Source: an uncultured Acidobacteriota bacterium
GTDB lineage: Bacteria > Acidobacteriota > Thermoanaerobaculia > UBA5066 > Gp7-AA6
Direction of reading: 5' to 3'
Length of the DNA stretch: 64,000 bases
Assembly: GCA_963773905.1 (NCBI GenBank)
Contig: CAVZDB010000008.1
Span: forward strand, 506,905 to 570,904
Shown here: one piece after another, positions 1 through 10,552 of the stretch
How positions within the stretch are numbered: position 1 is the stretch's first letter
Layout: each line of letters opens with the position of its first letter
The notes under the pieces: model-generated
Seen by the model: the letters and a program-made list of their open reading frames with translations, nothing else
What the model was told of the DNA's origin: nothing
Databases searched by the model: none
Made by a program: the position numbers and the translations under genes

Positions 1-237
1 GACTACGGCTACGACCACCTGGAGGAGAAGGATTTCGAGGGCGCCATCGCGTTTCTGCGGCTCAACACCGACGAGCATCCCCGCTCCGGCGACGCCTGGG
101 ACAGCCTGGGGGAGGCCTACGCCGCCGCCGGGAAGCGCGAGCTTGCACGCATCGCGTACTCCAAGTCCCTCGAGCTCGACCCGGGCAACGAGAACACCGT
201 GAAGAAGCTGCGGGAGCTCGAGGCGCCGCATTCGTGA
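1..237 (+). CDS. TPR-repeat protein, C-terminal fragment (5' end outside window)
   Basis: Frame 1 reads '...DAWDSLGEAYAAAGKRELARIAYSKSLELDPGNEN...' (TPR-like helical repeats), stop TGA at 235-237. Confidence 0.55.
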   Translation, partial: DYGYDHLEEKDFEGAIAFLRLNTDEHPRSGDAWDSLGEAYAAAGKRELARIAYSKSLELDPGNENTVKKLRELEAPHS

Positions 238-298
238 CGCCGTGAACCCGTGAGACCGCGGGGCCGGTAGAATCGGGCCACTCCGAAGGAGGGGGCCC

Positions 299-2344
299 AT
301 GTCGAGGATGCTTCTGCGCGGCGCAGGTCTTCTGAGCTTGCTCCTGTCGTCGTCTCTCGTGGTCGGCCAGGCGTCGCCGCCCGCGGGGAAGGGCATCCAG
401 GTCTCGGACATGGACCGGTCGGTCGAGCCCTGCACCGATTTCTACGACTACGCGAACGGCGGCTGGCGCGCCGCCAACCCGATTCCTTCCTCGATGCCGC
501 GCTGGAGCCGGCGCTGGGAGGCCGGCGAAAACAGCAAGGACCGCCTCAAGGGGATCCTGGAGGAAGCGGCCGCGGTCCAGGAGCCCGAGAAGGGCTCGAC
601 CGACCAGCTGATCGGCGACTTCTACGCCGCCTGCATGGACATGGGTTTGCGCAACGCCGAGGGACTGAAGCCGCTCCAGCCGATGCTCGCGGAGATCGCC
701 GCCATGAAGACTCCGGCGGATGTCCAGCGCGAGATCGGACGCCTGCAGCGGCTCCGGATCCTCGTCCCCTTCGCCGTGACCTCGGGGCCCGACAACCACA
801 GCCCGAACGACGTCATCACGCAGGTCCTGGCGAGCGGCCTCGGCCTGCCCGACCGCGACTACTACTGGAAGACCGAGCCGCGCTTCGAGGAGGCTCGCGC
901 GAGGTATCGGAAGCACGTGGCCGCGATCTTCCGCCTCGCCGGCTCGGACGCCGCGTCGGCGAAGGCCGCCGCCGAGACCGTGTTCCGCGTCGAGAAGGCG
1001 TTCGCGGGCGAATCGCTCGACAACGTCGCGCTGCGCGATCCGCGGGCGACCGACCACAAGATGACGCTCGCGCGAGCTCCAGAAGCTGACGCCCCGCTTC
1101 GACTGGAGCGCCCTCGTCCGGACGCTCGACCTGCCGGCGAGCGACGTGAACGTGGCCGAGCCGAAGTTCCTGAAGGAGGTCGACCGCCAGCTCGCGAGCA
1201 CCCCGGTCGCCGACTGGAAGACGTATCTGAAGTGGCAGCTCCTGGCCTCCGCCGCGCCGTCGCTCTCGGAGGACTTCGTCCAGGAGAGCTTCGCCTTCGA
1301 CGTCGCCTACCTCCAGGGCGCGAAGGAGAGGAAGCCGCTCTGGAAGCTCTGCGCCGAGTCGACGGACCGGCTGCTCGGCGAGGCGCTGGGCCAGAAGTAC
1401 GTCGCGAAGTACTTCCCGCCGGAGGCCAAGGCCCGCATGCAGGAGATGGTCAAGAACCTGCGGCTCGCGATGGGGGAGACCATCGAGGGCCTGCAGTGGA
1501 TGAGCCCGGAGACCAAGAAGAAGGCGCTCGAGAAGCTGTCGACGTTCAACCCGAAGGTCGGCTATCCCGACAAGTGGAAGGACTACAGCCGGGTCTCCAT
1601 CCGCCGCGACGCGTTCTGGGAGGACGTGGCCGCGAGCCGGCGATTCGCCTCCGAGGACGACCTCGAGCAGATCGGCAAGCCGGTCGACCGCGGCCGCTGG
1701 GGCATGACGCCGCCGACCTCGGACGCTTACTACAACCCGCTTCTGAACGAGATCGTCTTCCCGGCCGGGATCCTCCAGCCGCCGGCCTTCTCGATGGAGG
1801 CCAACGACGCGGTCAACTACGGCGCGATCGGCGTCGTGATCGGCCACGAGATCAGCCACGGCTTCGACGACCAGGGCGCGCAGTACGACGCGCAGGGACG
1901 GCTCGAGAACTGGTGGACGGCCGAGGACCTCAAGAAGTTCCAGGAGAAGACCGCGTGCGTCGCCGAGCAGTTCGACGGCTACTTCGTCGAGCCCGGCATC
2001 CATCACAACGGCCGGCTCGTCCTCGGGCGAGAGCATCGGGGACCTCGCCGGCGCGAAGATCGCCTACCGCGCGTTTCAGATCGCGCAACGAGGCAAGCCG
2101 CCCCTGCCCACGATCGACGGGTTCACCCCCGACCAGCAGTTCTTCATCAGCTTGGGGCCAGTTCCGCGGCGATGCCGTGCGTCCCGAGTTCGCCCGGACG
2201 ATGGTTCAGGGCGACCCGCATCCCATCGGCCAATACCGCGTCATCGGGCCGCTGTCGAACCTGCCCGAGTTCCAGAAGGCCTTCGGCTGCAAGCCGGACG
2301 CGCCGATGGTCCGCTCCGCCGACAAGCGGTGCGAGGTCTGGTAA
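299..2344 (+). pseudogene. M13 family zinc metallopeptidase (neprilysin/PepO-like), interrupted by >=3 frameshifts
   Basis: ORF 299..2344 begins with a signal peptide and the M13 N-terminal domain. The frame is lost near 1080-1150 and continues in ORF 1146..2351, which holds the 'VIGHEISHGFDDQG' HExxH zinc motif. A third frame reads 'ESIGDLAGAKIAYRAF' (~2030), then the original frame returns at ~2150 ('WGQFRGDAVRPEF...KRCEVW*'). TAGAAT -10-like hexamer at 268-273 and GGAGGG at 286-291 precede the ATG. Confidence 0.8.
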
Positions 2345-2396
2345 GGAGTAGACGAGCGCCGGCCCGCGCGGGCTCACGATCGACGGCCGGCGCCTC

Positions 2397-3509
2397 TCAG
2401 CGCGAGTTCGCCTTGGGAAACAGCACCTTCTGCGGCTGCTCGTTGAGCCGCTCGAGGATCCGCTTCGTCAGGACCGTCTTCCGACGGCCCGCCCGTCGCG
2501 GAGTCACGAGGTAGCGCACCGTCGCGTCGATCCACGTGTTCGGGTTGACGCGGAACAGCACGGACGGCCGATCCTCGACCTCGAGGTGATCGACCGGCGT
2601 CTCGGCGAGGAGGTCGCGGTAGACGGCCACGCGTTCCGACATCCGGGAGCCCAGCTCCTCCTCGACCGTGCTCCTCATGACGCTCGCGACGAACTCGAGG
2701 TCGGTCTCGTACGCCACCTGCACGGTGATCTCGTTCCAGATGTACGGAAACAGCGGCCAGGAGTAGTTGAAGACGGTGGAATTGAAGATCGTCGAGTTGG
2801 GAAAGCGGATGATCCGTCCGCTCGGATGGTCGGTCGAGAGGAACTCGCCGCCGAACTCCCAGAGCGTCGTGTCGAGGTATCCGACCTCGATGACGTCGCC
2901 GGTGGCCTGGCCGATGCGGATGCGGTCGCCGATCCGGTACGGCGCGCGCGCGAGCAGGTAGATCCAGGCGAAGAAGCTGGTCAGCGGCGCCTGGAGGGCG
3001 AAGCCGAGGATGAGCGAGAGGAGCCCGAAGGACACCGCGGCGCCGTACCATCCGACGAACAGGATGGAGACTGCGGAGAACACGATCAGCAGGGTGGCGA
3101 GGAGCTGGAGAATCCGCCGCACGTTGTAGCGGACCACCCGGTGACGGATGCGGGACAGGACGACGGTCGAGACCGCGGCGTACAGGGCCGCCAGACCGGA
3201 GACCACGACGGCCGCGAGGAGGCCGCGGCGGAACGGCTCGTGATCGGTCAGCGTCGGCAGGAGCACGCCGCGGCTCGAGAGCGCATGGAGGATTCCGAGA
3301 GTCGCGGCGAGGACGCCAAACCCGAGGAGTCGGCGGAGGGGCGAGCGTGTCGCGTCGGGACGGGAGGCGCTCGAGGCCTCCTTGAGGGCGTCCTGGACGG
3401 ATCGCTGTTCCCGGATCTCCTCGGGCTCCAGGTTTTCGACGGCGGACTGCGGCTCGACGTCCTCGGCCCCCGGCGCCGTCCGAGCCTTTTCGGAGGGACG
3501 GTTGCTCAT
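2397..3509 (-). CDS. Small-conductance mechanosensitive channel (MscS family)
   Basis: Three TM helices followed by the MscS beta-domain motif 'GDRIRIGQATGDVIEVGYLDTTLWEFGG'. The likely start is the internal ATG at 3509 (MSNRPSEK...); the ORF extends to 3767. Confidence 0.8.
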   Translation of the reverse strand: MSNRPSEKARTAPGAEDVEPQSAVENLEPEEIREQRSVQDALKEASSASRPDATRSPLRRLLGFGVLAATLGILHALSSRGVLLPTLTDHEPFRRGLLAAVVVSGLAALYAAVSTVVLSRIRHRVVRYNVRRILQLLATLLIVFSAVSILFVGWYGAAVSFGLLSLILGFALQAPLTSFFAWIYLLARAPYRIGDRIRIGQATGDVIEVGYLDTTLWEFGGEFLSTDHPSGRIIRFPNSTIFNSTVFNYSWPLFPYIWNEITVQVAYETDLEFVASVMRSTVEEELGSRMSERVAVYRDLLAETPVDHLEVEDRPSVLFRVNPNTWIDATVRYLVTPRRAGRRKTVLTKRILERLNEQPQKVLFPKANSR

Positions 3510-3627
3510 GCCGTCCTCCGGCTGCAAGATCCGCACCTTCCCGGGGGTCCCCGCGCGTCTCGCGCGTCGCGACGATGGACCCGAAGGAGCGCTCGCAACA
3601 TAATCCCCCCGTGGCGAGCCGCACGGG

Positions 3628-5781
3628 ATGACGAGCAGCACGGGCGCCGACACCCGGGCGTCCCACCCGGCGACGAGCCGATTCACCGCCCGTCGTTTGC
3701 GCTCGGCGTTCGGGCTGTGGCGGGGCTCGGTCCGCCGCACCGACCTCCTGATCTGCACGATCTTCATCGCGCTCTCTCTGGGACTCGGGGCGTACGTGTA
3801 CGCGCGCGCTCACGCGGCCGCGCGCCTCGAATTCGGTCGGCAGGCGCAGGCCCTCCAGGCGGCGATTACGAAGAGCCTCAACGATCCGCTGGAGGACCTG
3901 AGCGCGCTGCAGAGCTTCCTCCAGGCCTACGGTTCCGTGACGCGGAAGCAGTTCCACCTCTCCACGGAGCCGCTGCTCGGGAAGCACCGCCACGTCTACG
4001 CGTTCGAGTGGCTGCCGGTGGTCCGGGCGGGCGAGCGCAGCGCGCTCGAGGGCGAGGCGCGCGCGGCGGGTCTGCCGAACTACAGCTTCTGGGAATCGGG
4101 CCCGGACGGGACCCCGCGGCCGGCGGGCCGCCGCGCGACGTACGTCCCGATCCAGTACATGGAGCCACCCAATTCGCTCGCGCTCGGCCTCGACATCAGC
4201 GCGAGCGCGGACCGCTGGGAGACCGCGCTGAAGGCCCGCGACTTGGGAGAACCGGCGGCCTCGGCGCCGTTCCGGCTCATCGAGGACGCGGGGCGGCAGG
4301 ACGCATCCGCCGCGGTCGCCGTGTACGCGCCGGTCTACGTCGAGCGCGATCCAGGCTCGACGGCGTCGCGGCGCGGCTCGCTGTACGGTTTCGTCAGCGC
4401 GATCTTCCGCGTCGGCCCGCTGGTTTCGTGGGCGGTCTCGGGCTCGGCCGCGACGGCGGGAGACGTGTCGGGCCTGGGCTACGTCTTGCGCGACCTCGAG
4501 GAGCCGGGCTCGCCGACGCTGGCGGAAAGGCCCAAGAGCGCGCTGTCGCTGCCGCGACGCGCGGGACTCGAGCTCGCCTCGCTGCCGGTGAGCTTCGCGG
4601 ACCGTCACCGGTGGAACCTCGACGTCTTCGCGCTCCCCGGGGCTTTTCTCACGGCCAAGCGGGGAGCGATCCTCGCCGCGATCGCCGGCATCGTGTTCGC
4701 GTTGCTCGGCCTCGTCATCCACACCTCGCTGCGCACGATCATTCGCCTCCGCCGCCAGATGGACAAGGTCGGGCCATACCGGCTCACCGCCAGGCTGGGC
4801 CGCGGCGCGATGGGCGTCGTCTGGGAGGCGCGCCACGCGCTCCTGCGGCGCCCGACCGCGATCAAGCTCCTCGCGCCGGGGACGGGCGGGGAGCGCGCGC
4901 TCGCGCGGTTCGAGCGCGAGGTGCAGTTGACGGCGGCCCTCACGCACCCGAGCACGATCGCGATCTACGACTACGGGCGGACCGGGGAGGGCGTCTTCTA
5001 TTACGCCATGGAGCTTCTCCAGGGCATCAACCTGCTGCAGCTCGTGACCTTCGACGGGCCGCTCCCGCCGGCTCGCGTCGTGCACCTGCTGCGCCAGGCG
5101 TGCGGCGCCCTGACCGAGGCCCACGCCGCGGGACTCATCCATCGCGACGTCAAGCCGGCCAACCTGATGGTCTGCGTCTATGGCGGCATCCCCGACTTCC
5201 TGAAGGTCCTCGACTTCGGTCTCGTCAAGGACCTGCGCGTCGAGCCGCTGGCAGCGGGGCAAGCGGGCCTCTCGAACCAGGAACCGAACGACGCCGAGCT
5301 GTCGCAGGACGGGTCGCTGCTCGGCACGCCCCTCTACATGGCGCCCGAGGGCATGAGCGATCCGACCAAGATCGACCCACGGGCGGACATCTTCGCGCTC
5401 GGGGCCGTCGGCTACTTCCTGCTGACCGGCCGCTCGCCGTTTCCCGGCCGGACCGCGATCGAGGTCTTCTCGAAGGAGCGGCAGGGCCCGCCGCCTCCGT
5501 TCGCGCAGGCCGCGCGGCACCCCGTGCCTGAGGACCTCGCGAGCGCCCTCCTCGCCTGCCTGGCGTTCAAGAAGGAGGACCGGCCCGACTCGGTCGAGGC
5601 CCTCGACGCCATGCTCGAGAAATGCTGCATTGCGCCCGCCTGGACGCGCGAAAACGCGCGGACCTGGTGGCGCGAGAGGGGCCCGGCGGCGCTCGACTCG
5701 GCGCGCGCCGAGCGGCAGGAGGGGGGCCGGCTCCTGGTCGTTTCGCCACCCGAGGACACCGAGGCGAGCTCGGGCGGCTAA
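3628..5781 (+). CDS. Membrane receptor Ser/Thr protein kinase with extracytoplasmic CHASE sensor domain
   Basis: N-terminal TM helix; a CHASE-like region ('YVPIQYMEPPNSLALGLDISASADRWETALKARDLGEPAASAPFRLIED'); a second TM helix; a Hanks kinase domain (HRDVKPANLMV, DFG, YMAPEG). CATAAT at 3597-3602 lies upstream. Confidence 0.8.
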   Translation: MTSSTGADTRASHPATSRFTARRLRSAFGLWRGSVRRTDLLICTIFIALSLGLGAYVYARAHAAARLEFGRQAQALQAAITKSLNDPLEDLSALQSFLQAYGSVTRKQFHLSTEPLLGKHRHVYAFEWLPVVRAGERSALEGEARAAGLPNYSFWESGPDGTPRPAGRRATYVPIQYMEPPNSLALGLDISASADRWETALKARDLGEPAASAPFRLIEDAGRQDASAAVAVYAPVYVERDPGSTASRRGSLYGFVSAIFRVGPLVSWAVSGSAATAGDVSGLGYVLRDLEEPGSPTLAERPKSALSLPRRAGLELASLPVSFADRHRWNLDVFALPGAFLTAKRGAILAAIAGIVFALLGLVIHTSLRTIIRLRRQMDKVGPYRLTARLGRGAMGVVWEARHALLRRPTAIKLLAPGTGGERALARFEREVQLTAALTHPSTIAIYDYGRTGEGVFYYAMELLQGINLLQLVTFDGPLPPARVVHLLRQACGALTEAHAAGLIHRDVKPANLMVCVYGGIPDFLKVLDFGLVKDLRVEPLAAGQAGLSNQEPNDAELSQDGSLLGTPLYMAPEGMSDPTKIDPRADIFALGAVGYFLLTGRSPFPGRTAIEVFSKERQGPPPPFAQAARHPVPEDLASALLACLAFKKEDRPDSVEALDAMLEKCCIAPAWTRENARTWWRERGPAALDSARAERQEGGRLLVVSPPEDTEASSGG

Positions 5782-5860
5782 AAGGGACGACCGCGAGACA
5801 GCCGGCGCTTGCGGCCCCGGCCCGCCATAGAATGTCCGGCAACAAACGACGAGGTTCGCC

Positions 5861-6172
5861 ATGTTGACCGTCGACACTGCCTTCGATCGACTCGGAACGG
5901 CACTCCGGCAGCGGGGATACGCCTTCAGCAGGGAGGAGACGCCGGAAGTCGTCGGCGACCGGATCTCCGTCTACACGTCCCCGAACATGTCGGTGCGCAT
6001 CGTCTGGTCGAGCAAGGCGAGGCTGCTGATCCTCCAGGTCAAGGTCGAGGGCGAATGGGTCGAGTTCGCGCGGCGCGGCTTCGGGCCCAACGGCCTGGAG
6101 GACACCGCCGTGGAGGCGCTGGTGCGCGCCGTGTTCAACGAGGTCGCGGAGACCTCGACGGACGCCGGGTGA
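5861..6172 (+). CDS. Hypothetical small protein (103 aa)
   Basis: Clean ORF with an ATG start, preceded by TAGAAT at 5828-5833; no recognisable domain. Confidence 0.4.
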   Translation: MLTVDTAFDRLGTALRQRGYAFSREETPEVVGDRISVYTSPNMSVRIVWSSKARLLILQVKVEGEWVEFARRGFGPNGLEDTAVEALVRAVFNEVAETSTDAG

Positions 6173-6480
6173 CGTCGCCGACGCGGCGCTCGGGATCTGC
6201 CGTTGGCGTCGTCTGCCGACGACGCCTCCTACTGCTGAGGGTCTGCCTTCGGTGGACGGATCGGGCACTGGCGGTCGGCTCGCCCAAAGGGGCTCGACCG
6301 ACCGCCTGATCCCTCGCTTCGCGTCGGCTCCCGCGGCGCGAGCCTCCTCCGCTGCCCTCGCGGAGACTTCTCGCGCCGCGGGCGATACGAGCAGTGCCTC
6401 TCGCGAGACGTGAAGGGGGCTTGATCCGAGGACGCGCATAGTGACACTCCCCTCGAGGCCATGACGGACGACGCGGCGCA

Positions 6481-7758
6481 ATGAGCGCGCGCCTCTCGCA
6501 GGGGCTCCGCGAGGTCCTGCGGCGGCTGCTCGGCCGGGCGCCGTCAGATTGGGCGGGACCCGATCCGGCGACCGAGGCCGTCCGGCGCGCCGCCCCTCCG
6601 GAGGAGGAGAACCGGCACGAAGTCGTCTGTCTCGGGCATACCGTCGACGATTTCGACGCGCGGCTGGCGTCGTCGGCCGCCGCGGGGCATCGCCTGTTCC
6701 TGGCGTCGGCCGGTCCGGTGGCCGAAGACGCGCCGTACGCGATCCGCGAACGGGGACCGCGCCTCTTCGAGGTCTTCCTCCGGGACCCCGCGGATGCCTT
6801 CGACGCGCTCGACCGGCTTCGGCGCGACGCGTCGCTGGGCGCGACGGTCGCCGTGGTCAAGGAGCGCGCGTGGCTCCCGCTCGCCGAGCGGCTCCGCGCG
6901 GAGCGCGGCTGGCGCGTGCTGGACCTCTCGGCAGGCGAGGGCCGGAGCCTCGGCGAGGCCGCGTTCGCCGCGGCGCTCGCGGACACCTTCCCGAAGATCT
7001 CGGTCGTCGTCGTCACGTTCAACAACCGTGAGCTCAACCGGGCCTGCCTCGAGAGCGTGTTCGCGCGCACCGGGTGGCCGCGCTACGAGGTGCTGGCCGT
7101 CGACAACGGGTCCACGGACGGGACTCCGGACCTCCTGGCGGAGCTCGCGCGCGCCCATGCGAATCTTCGGGTGATCGCGTTTCCCGAGAATCGGGGCTTT
7201 CCCGCCGCCTGCAACGCCGGTCTCGCGGCGGCGTCGGGAGATCCGGTCGTCCTCTTGAACAACGACACCGTCGTGACGCGCGGATGGCTGACCGCGCTCC
7301 ATCGCCACCTGGAGGCGAACACGAGGCTCGGGCTCGTGGGTCCGGTGACCAACGCGATCGCCAACGAGGCGCGGATCGAGGTCGGCTACGCGGACCTCGC
7401 CGAGCTGCCGCGCTGGGCGGCGGACTGGATCCGACGCCACGACGGCGAGACGTTCGACATCCCGATGCTTGCGTTCTTCTGCGTCGCGGCGCGGCGCGAG
7501 GTGCTCGCGGCCGTCGGTCCGCTCGACGAGCGCTTCGGCCTCGGGCTCTTCGAGGACGGCGACTACTGCCGCCGCGTGCGCGCGAAGGGATGGGACATCC
7601 GCTGCGCTCGCGATGCCTTCGTGCATCACTGGCAGAATGCCTCGTTCCGCCGTCTGGGGAAGGAGGCGTACTTCGCGCTCTACGAGGAGAACCGGCGCAA
7701 GTACGAGGCGAAGTGGGGGGAGAGGGCGGAATCTCCGAAGGAGACCGCGCCGCCCTAG
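6481..7758 (+). CDS. Family 2 glycosyltransferase with N-terminal domain of unknown function
   Basis: 'ISVVVVTFNNRELNRACLESV...LAVDNGSTDGT...NRGFPAACNAGL...LNND' GT-A/GT2 signature (DxD-type motifs). Confidence 0.8.
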   Translation: MSARLSQGLREVLRRLLGRAPSDWAGPDPATEAVRRAAPPEEENRHEVVCLGHTVDDFDARLASSAAAGHRLFLASAGPVAEDAPYAIRERGPRLFEVFLRDPADAFDALDRLRRDASLGATVAVVKERAWLPLAERLRAERGWRVLDLSAGEGRSLGEAAFAAALADTFPKISVVVVTFNNRELNRACLESVFARTGWPRYEVLAVDNGSTDGTPDLLAELARAHANLRVIAFPENRGFPAACNAGLAAASGDPVVLLNNDTVVTRGWLTALHRHLEANTRLGLVGPVTNAIANEARIEVGYADLAELPRWAADWIRRHDGETFDIPMLAFFCVAARREVLAAVGPLDERFGLGLFEDGDYCRRVRAKGWDIRCARDAFVHHWQNASFRRLGKEAYFALYEENRRKYEAKWGERAESPKETAPP

Positions 7759-10382
7759 GCGCTGTGCGGGACCACGGCCTCGAGCGCGCGGCGCAGGGCT
7801 GCGGCGACCTCCGGGCCGTGCTGCAGCACGAAGTCGGCGTGCGAGCCCGGGACCCGAAGGATCTCGCATTCGCCGCGGGCCAGCCGGCTCCAGGCCGCCG
7901 AGAATCCCCGGCGCTCTCCCTCCGCGCTCTCGATCAGCAGGACTCGTCCGTCGAACGGGGCCGGATCCCACGCGGCGGCGGCGGCCACGTAGGAGGCCCG
8001 GCGGCCGACGCGCTCCCAGTGGTGGCCCTCGGCGACGAGCCCGCGCGCCCCGACGCGCCCCATCCGCAGGACGTAGCCCGTCCGGCCGCGCTTCATCGCG
8101 CGGAGGACGGAGAGGTGATACGCGAGCCGCCGGCGGAAGTAGGAAACCCGCTCGAGGAGGCGGACCGCGCCCGGCGCATTGCGGCTCAGCCACACGCGCC
8201 GCCGCCGCGCGGGCGTGGGGTACGGCGCGTCCAGCAGGGCGAGGAGGGCCACCGACGCACCGTTCTCCCGCAGCCGCCGCGCCATCTCGAACGCGACCGT
8301 CCCGCCGACGCACTCGCCCACCAGAGCGTAGGGACCCTGCGGCGACCTCGCGCGCAGCTGCTCGAGGAAGCGCGCGGCGAGGACGGGCGCCGGGGGATGC
8401 GGCGGGGGCCCCGGGCGGAAGCAGAGGAACGGGAAGCCGCCTCCGGTCGATCGCGCGATCCTCCGGGCTCCGAAGACGTTCTCGCGGTCCCCCGCGCCTC
8501 CGGGGACCACGAAGACCGGCGTCCGGGTGCCGTCCTGGAGAACCAGCGGCGCGCTCTCCGTCGAGCCCCCGCTGCGGCGCGCCAAAGCCGCCAGGGCCGA
8601 GGGCGTCGGCGCCTCGAGCAGCTCCGCGGCGGAGAGCTCGACGCCGAGGGCGTCGGAGACGGCGGCGAGCGCCGTGACCGCCGCGAGGGAGTCGCCGCCG
8701 AGCTCGAAGAAGTCGTCGTCGACGCCGACGTGGCTCAGGTCGAGCGCCTCGCGGAACGCGCTTGCGACCGCGTCCTCCATCGGCTCGCACGGCGCGCGGA
8801 AGGGCGTCGCGAGCGGGGGCCGGCCGGAAGGCGGCGCCGGCAGCGCGGCGCGATCGACCTTTCCCGACGGCGTGCGCGGCAGCGCGTCCAGGAAGACGAA
8901 GGTGGACGGACACATCGAAGCCGGCAGCCGTTGCTCGAGCGACCGCCGCAGCGCGGAGAGCGTCGGCGGATTCTCGGTGCGGCGGACCACCCAGGCGGCG
9001 AGGCGCGTTCCCCGCGGCGTCTCGAACCCGCCCGCGGCCGCCTCGCGCACCCCCGCGACGTCGAGCAGCGCGGACTCCACCTCGGCGGTCTCGACGCGGT
9101 GGCCGCGCACCTTGAGGCGCGCGTCCTTGCGGCCGGCGTGCAGGAGGCAGCCGTCCGGCAGGAGGCGTCCGAGATCGCCGGTGCGGTAGAGGCGCCATCC
9201 CGCGCGGCCGGGCACCGGGAGAAACGCGGCGGCCGTCGCGCCGGGATCCTTCCAGTAGCCGAGCGCGAGCGTGCGGGCGCGCACGGCGATCTCGCCCTCG
9301 CCCTCGGTCTCGCGGCCCTCCTCGTCGAGCAGCACGACCTCGGTCTCGTCCACCCCGTACCCGAGCGGCGTGCCGCCGGGCCAGGGCGTGTCGTGCCCGG
9401 CCGACCAGTGCCGAATCACGTTCATCTCGGTCGCGCCGAATCCCAGATGGAAGGCGCAGGAGCGGGGGAAGCGGTTGCGGAAAAGGTCGAAGTCGGAGGC
9501 GAAAATGGGCTCGCCGCCGAGCCGCACGATGCGCAGGCTCGAGAGCTCCTCGCTCCCGTCGAGCGTCGCGGAGAAGCTGCGGAAGACGCTGGGAACCGAG
9601 TGACAGATCGTGATGGCTTCGCCGGCCAGGAACCGGGGCAGCCGGCGCAGGCCTTCGCCGCCGAGCGCGTAGGGGCACACCGCGGCCCCGTTGAGGAGAG
9701 CGCCGAAGACGTCGGACACCGATGCGCCCACGGAGACCGACGCGAGGAGCGCGAGCCGGTCGTCCGGCCGGATCGAGAGGGCGGCCGCGAGCTTGCGGAC
9801 GTTGTGGAGGACGTTGCGGTGGCTCTGCATCACGCCCTTGGGGGCGCCGGTCGAGCCCGACGTGAACAGCACGTACGCGAGCGCGTCGGGCGAGACCTCC
9901 CGGAGCTCGAGGGCAGCCGTCGTCTCGGCGCGGGGTCCGCCGTCCTCGAGCAGCTCTTCGGCGCACCAGATCGGGGCCCGGCCGCCGGCGAGGCCGCGCG
10001 CGGCGTCGCGCCTCGCTTCTCCCGCGACCAGGACCGCCGCGTCCAGGCCGCTCCCGATCGCCGAGAGCCGCGCCGCGGGCAGTCCCGGGTCGAGCGGGAC
10101 GTAGAAGCGTCCGGCCCGAAGGGCGCCCAGCATCGCCGCGAAGAGCGTCGCGCCGGGGTCCGCGAGGAGGGCGATCGGCCGGTCCGCTGACACGCCGGCG
10201 AGCCGCTCGGAGAAGGCGCGCGCGAAGCGAAGGGAGAGCGCGTCGAGCTCCGCGTAGGTCGTCAGACGGCCCGTAGCCGGCTCGCGGACGGCCGGCCGAT
10301 CGGGAACCGCGCGCGCGACCGACGCGAATCTTTCCCCGATCGATCGCTCGATCTCGGCCTTCTCGAAGGGGAGCGCGTCCAT
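7755..10382 (-). CDS. NRPS-like single module: adenylation - peptidyl carrier - thioesterase (A-PCP-TE), no condensation domain
   Basis: A-domain cores 'LAYVLFTSGSTGAPKGV', 'YRTGDLGR', 'GRKDARLKVRGHRVETAEVE', 'PSGKVDR'. PCP motif 'FFELGGDSLAAV'. C-terminal alpha/beta-hydrolase TE whose nucleophile motif is 'GECVGG', with Cys at 8310-8312. Confidence 0.85.
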   Translation of the reverse strand: MDALPFEKAEIERSIGERFASVARAVPDRPAVREPATGRLTTYAELDALSLRFARAFSERLAGVSADRPIALLADPGATLFAAMLGALRAGRFYVPLDPGLPAARLSAIGSGLDAAVLVAGEARRDAARGLAGGRAPIWCAEELLEDGGPRAETTAALELREVSPDALAYVLFTSGSTGAPKGVMQSHRNVLHNVRKLAAALSIRPDDRLALLASVSVGASVSDVFGALLNGAAVCPYALGGEGLRRLPRFLAGEAITICHSVPSVFRSFSATLDGSEELSSLRIVRLGGEPIFASDFDLFRNRFPRSCAFHLGFGATEMNVIRHWSAGHDTPWPGGTPLGYGVDETEVVLLDEEGRETEGEGEIAVRARTLALGYWKDPGATAAAFLPVPGRAGWRLYRTGDLGRLLPDGCLLHAGRKDARLKVRGHRVETAEVESALLDVAGVREAAAGGFETPRGTRLAAWVVRRTENPPTLSALRRSLEQRLPASMCPSTFVFLDALPRTPSGKVDRAALPAPPSGRPPLATPFRAPCEPMEDAVASAFREALDLSHVGVDDDFFELGGDSLAAVTALAAVSDALGVELSAAELLEAPTPSALAALARRSGGSTESAPLVLQDGTRTPVFVVPGGAGDRENVFGARRIARSTGGGFPFLCFRPGPPPHPPAPVLAARFLEQLRARSPQGPYALVGECVGGTVAFEMARRLRENGASVALLALLDAPYPTPARRRRVWLSRNAPGAVRLLERVSYFRRRLAYHLSVLRAMKRGRTGYVLRMGRVGARGLVAEGHHWERVGRRASYVAAAAAWDPAPFDGRVLLIESAEGERRGFSAAWSRLARGECEILRVPGSHADFVLQHGPEVAAALRRALEAVVPHSA

Positions 10383-10552
10383 AGCCGGCCGTTATTCGGC
10401 GGTCTTCGTCGGGCCGGGACTCGTCCCCGCCCGCAGTCGGCCGCGACCCGACCACCGAAGGCAAGCCCCCGGCAGTAGGGAACGTCGCGCCAGGCGCGCG
10501 ACGGTATCGCCGCCCCTACGTTCCTGTGGCGGTGCAGGGGAGAGGTCGCGGC

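Noticed and set aside
62-2036. Minus-strand ORFs 62..1201 and 816..2036
   Set aside because: Antisense to the M13 peptidase coding sequence; no domain signal
2374-5877. 1167-aa ORF on the minus strand (and 2586..5531 on the plus strand)
   Set aside because: Antisense to the MscS and CHASE-kinase genes; Arg/Ala/Gly/Pro-rich, low-complexity translation typical of off-frame ORFs in high-GC DNA
6544-10464. 1306-aa minus-strand ORF and 1038-aa plus-strand ORF 7074..10190
   Set aside because: They overlap the well-supported glycosyltransferase and NRPS-like genes in other frames; the translations are Arg/Pro/Gly-rich with no motifs
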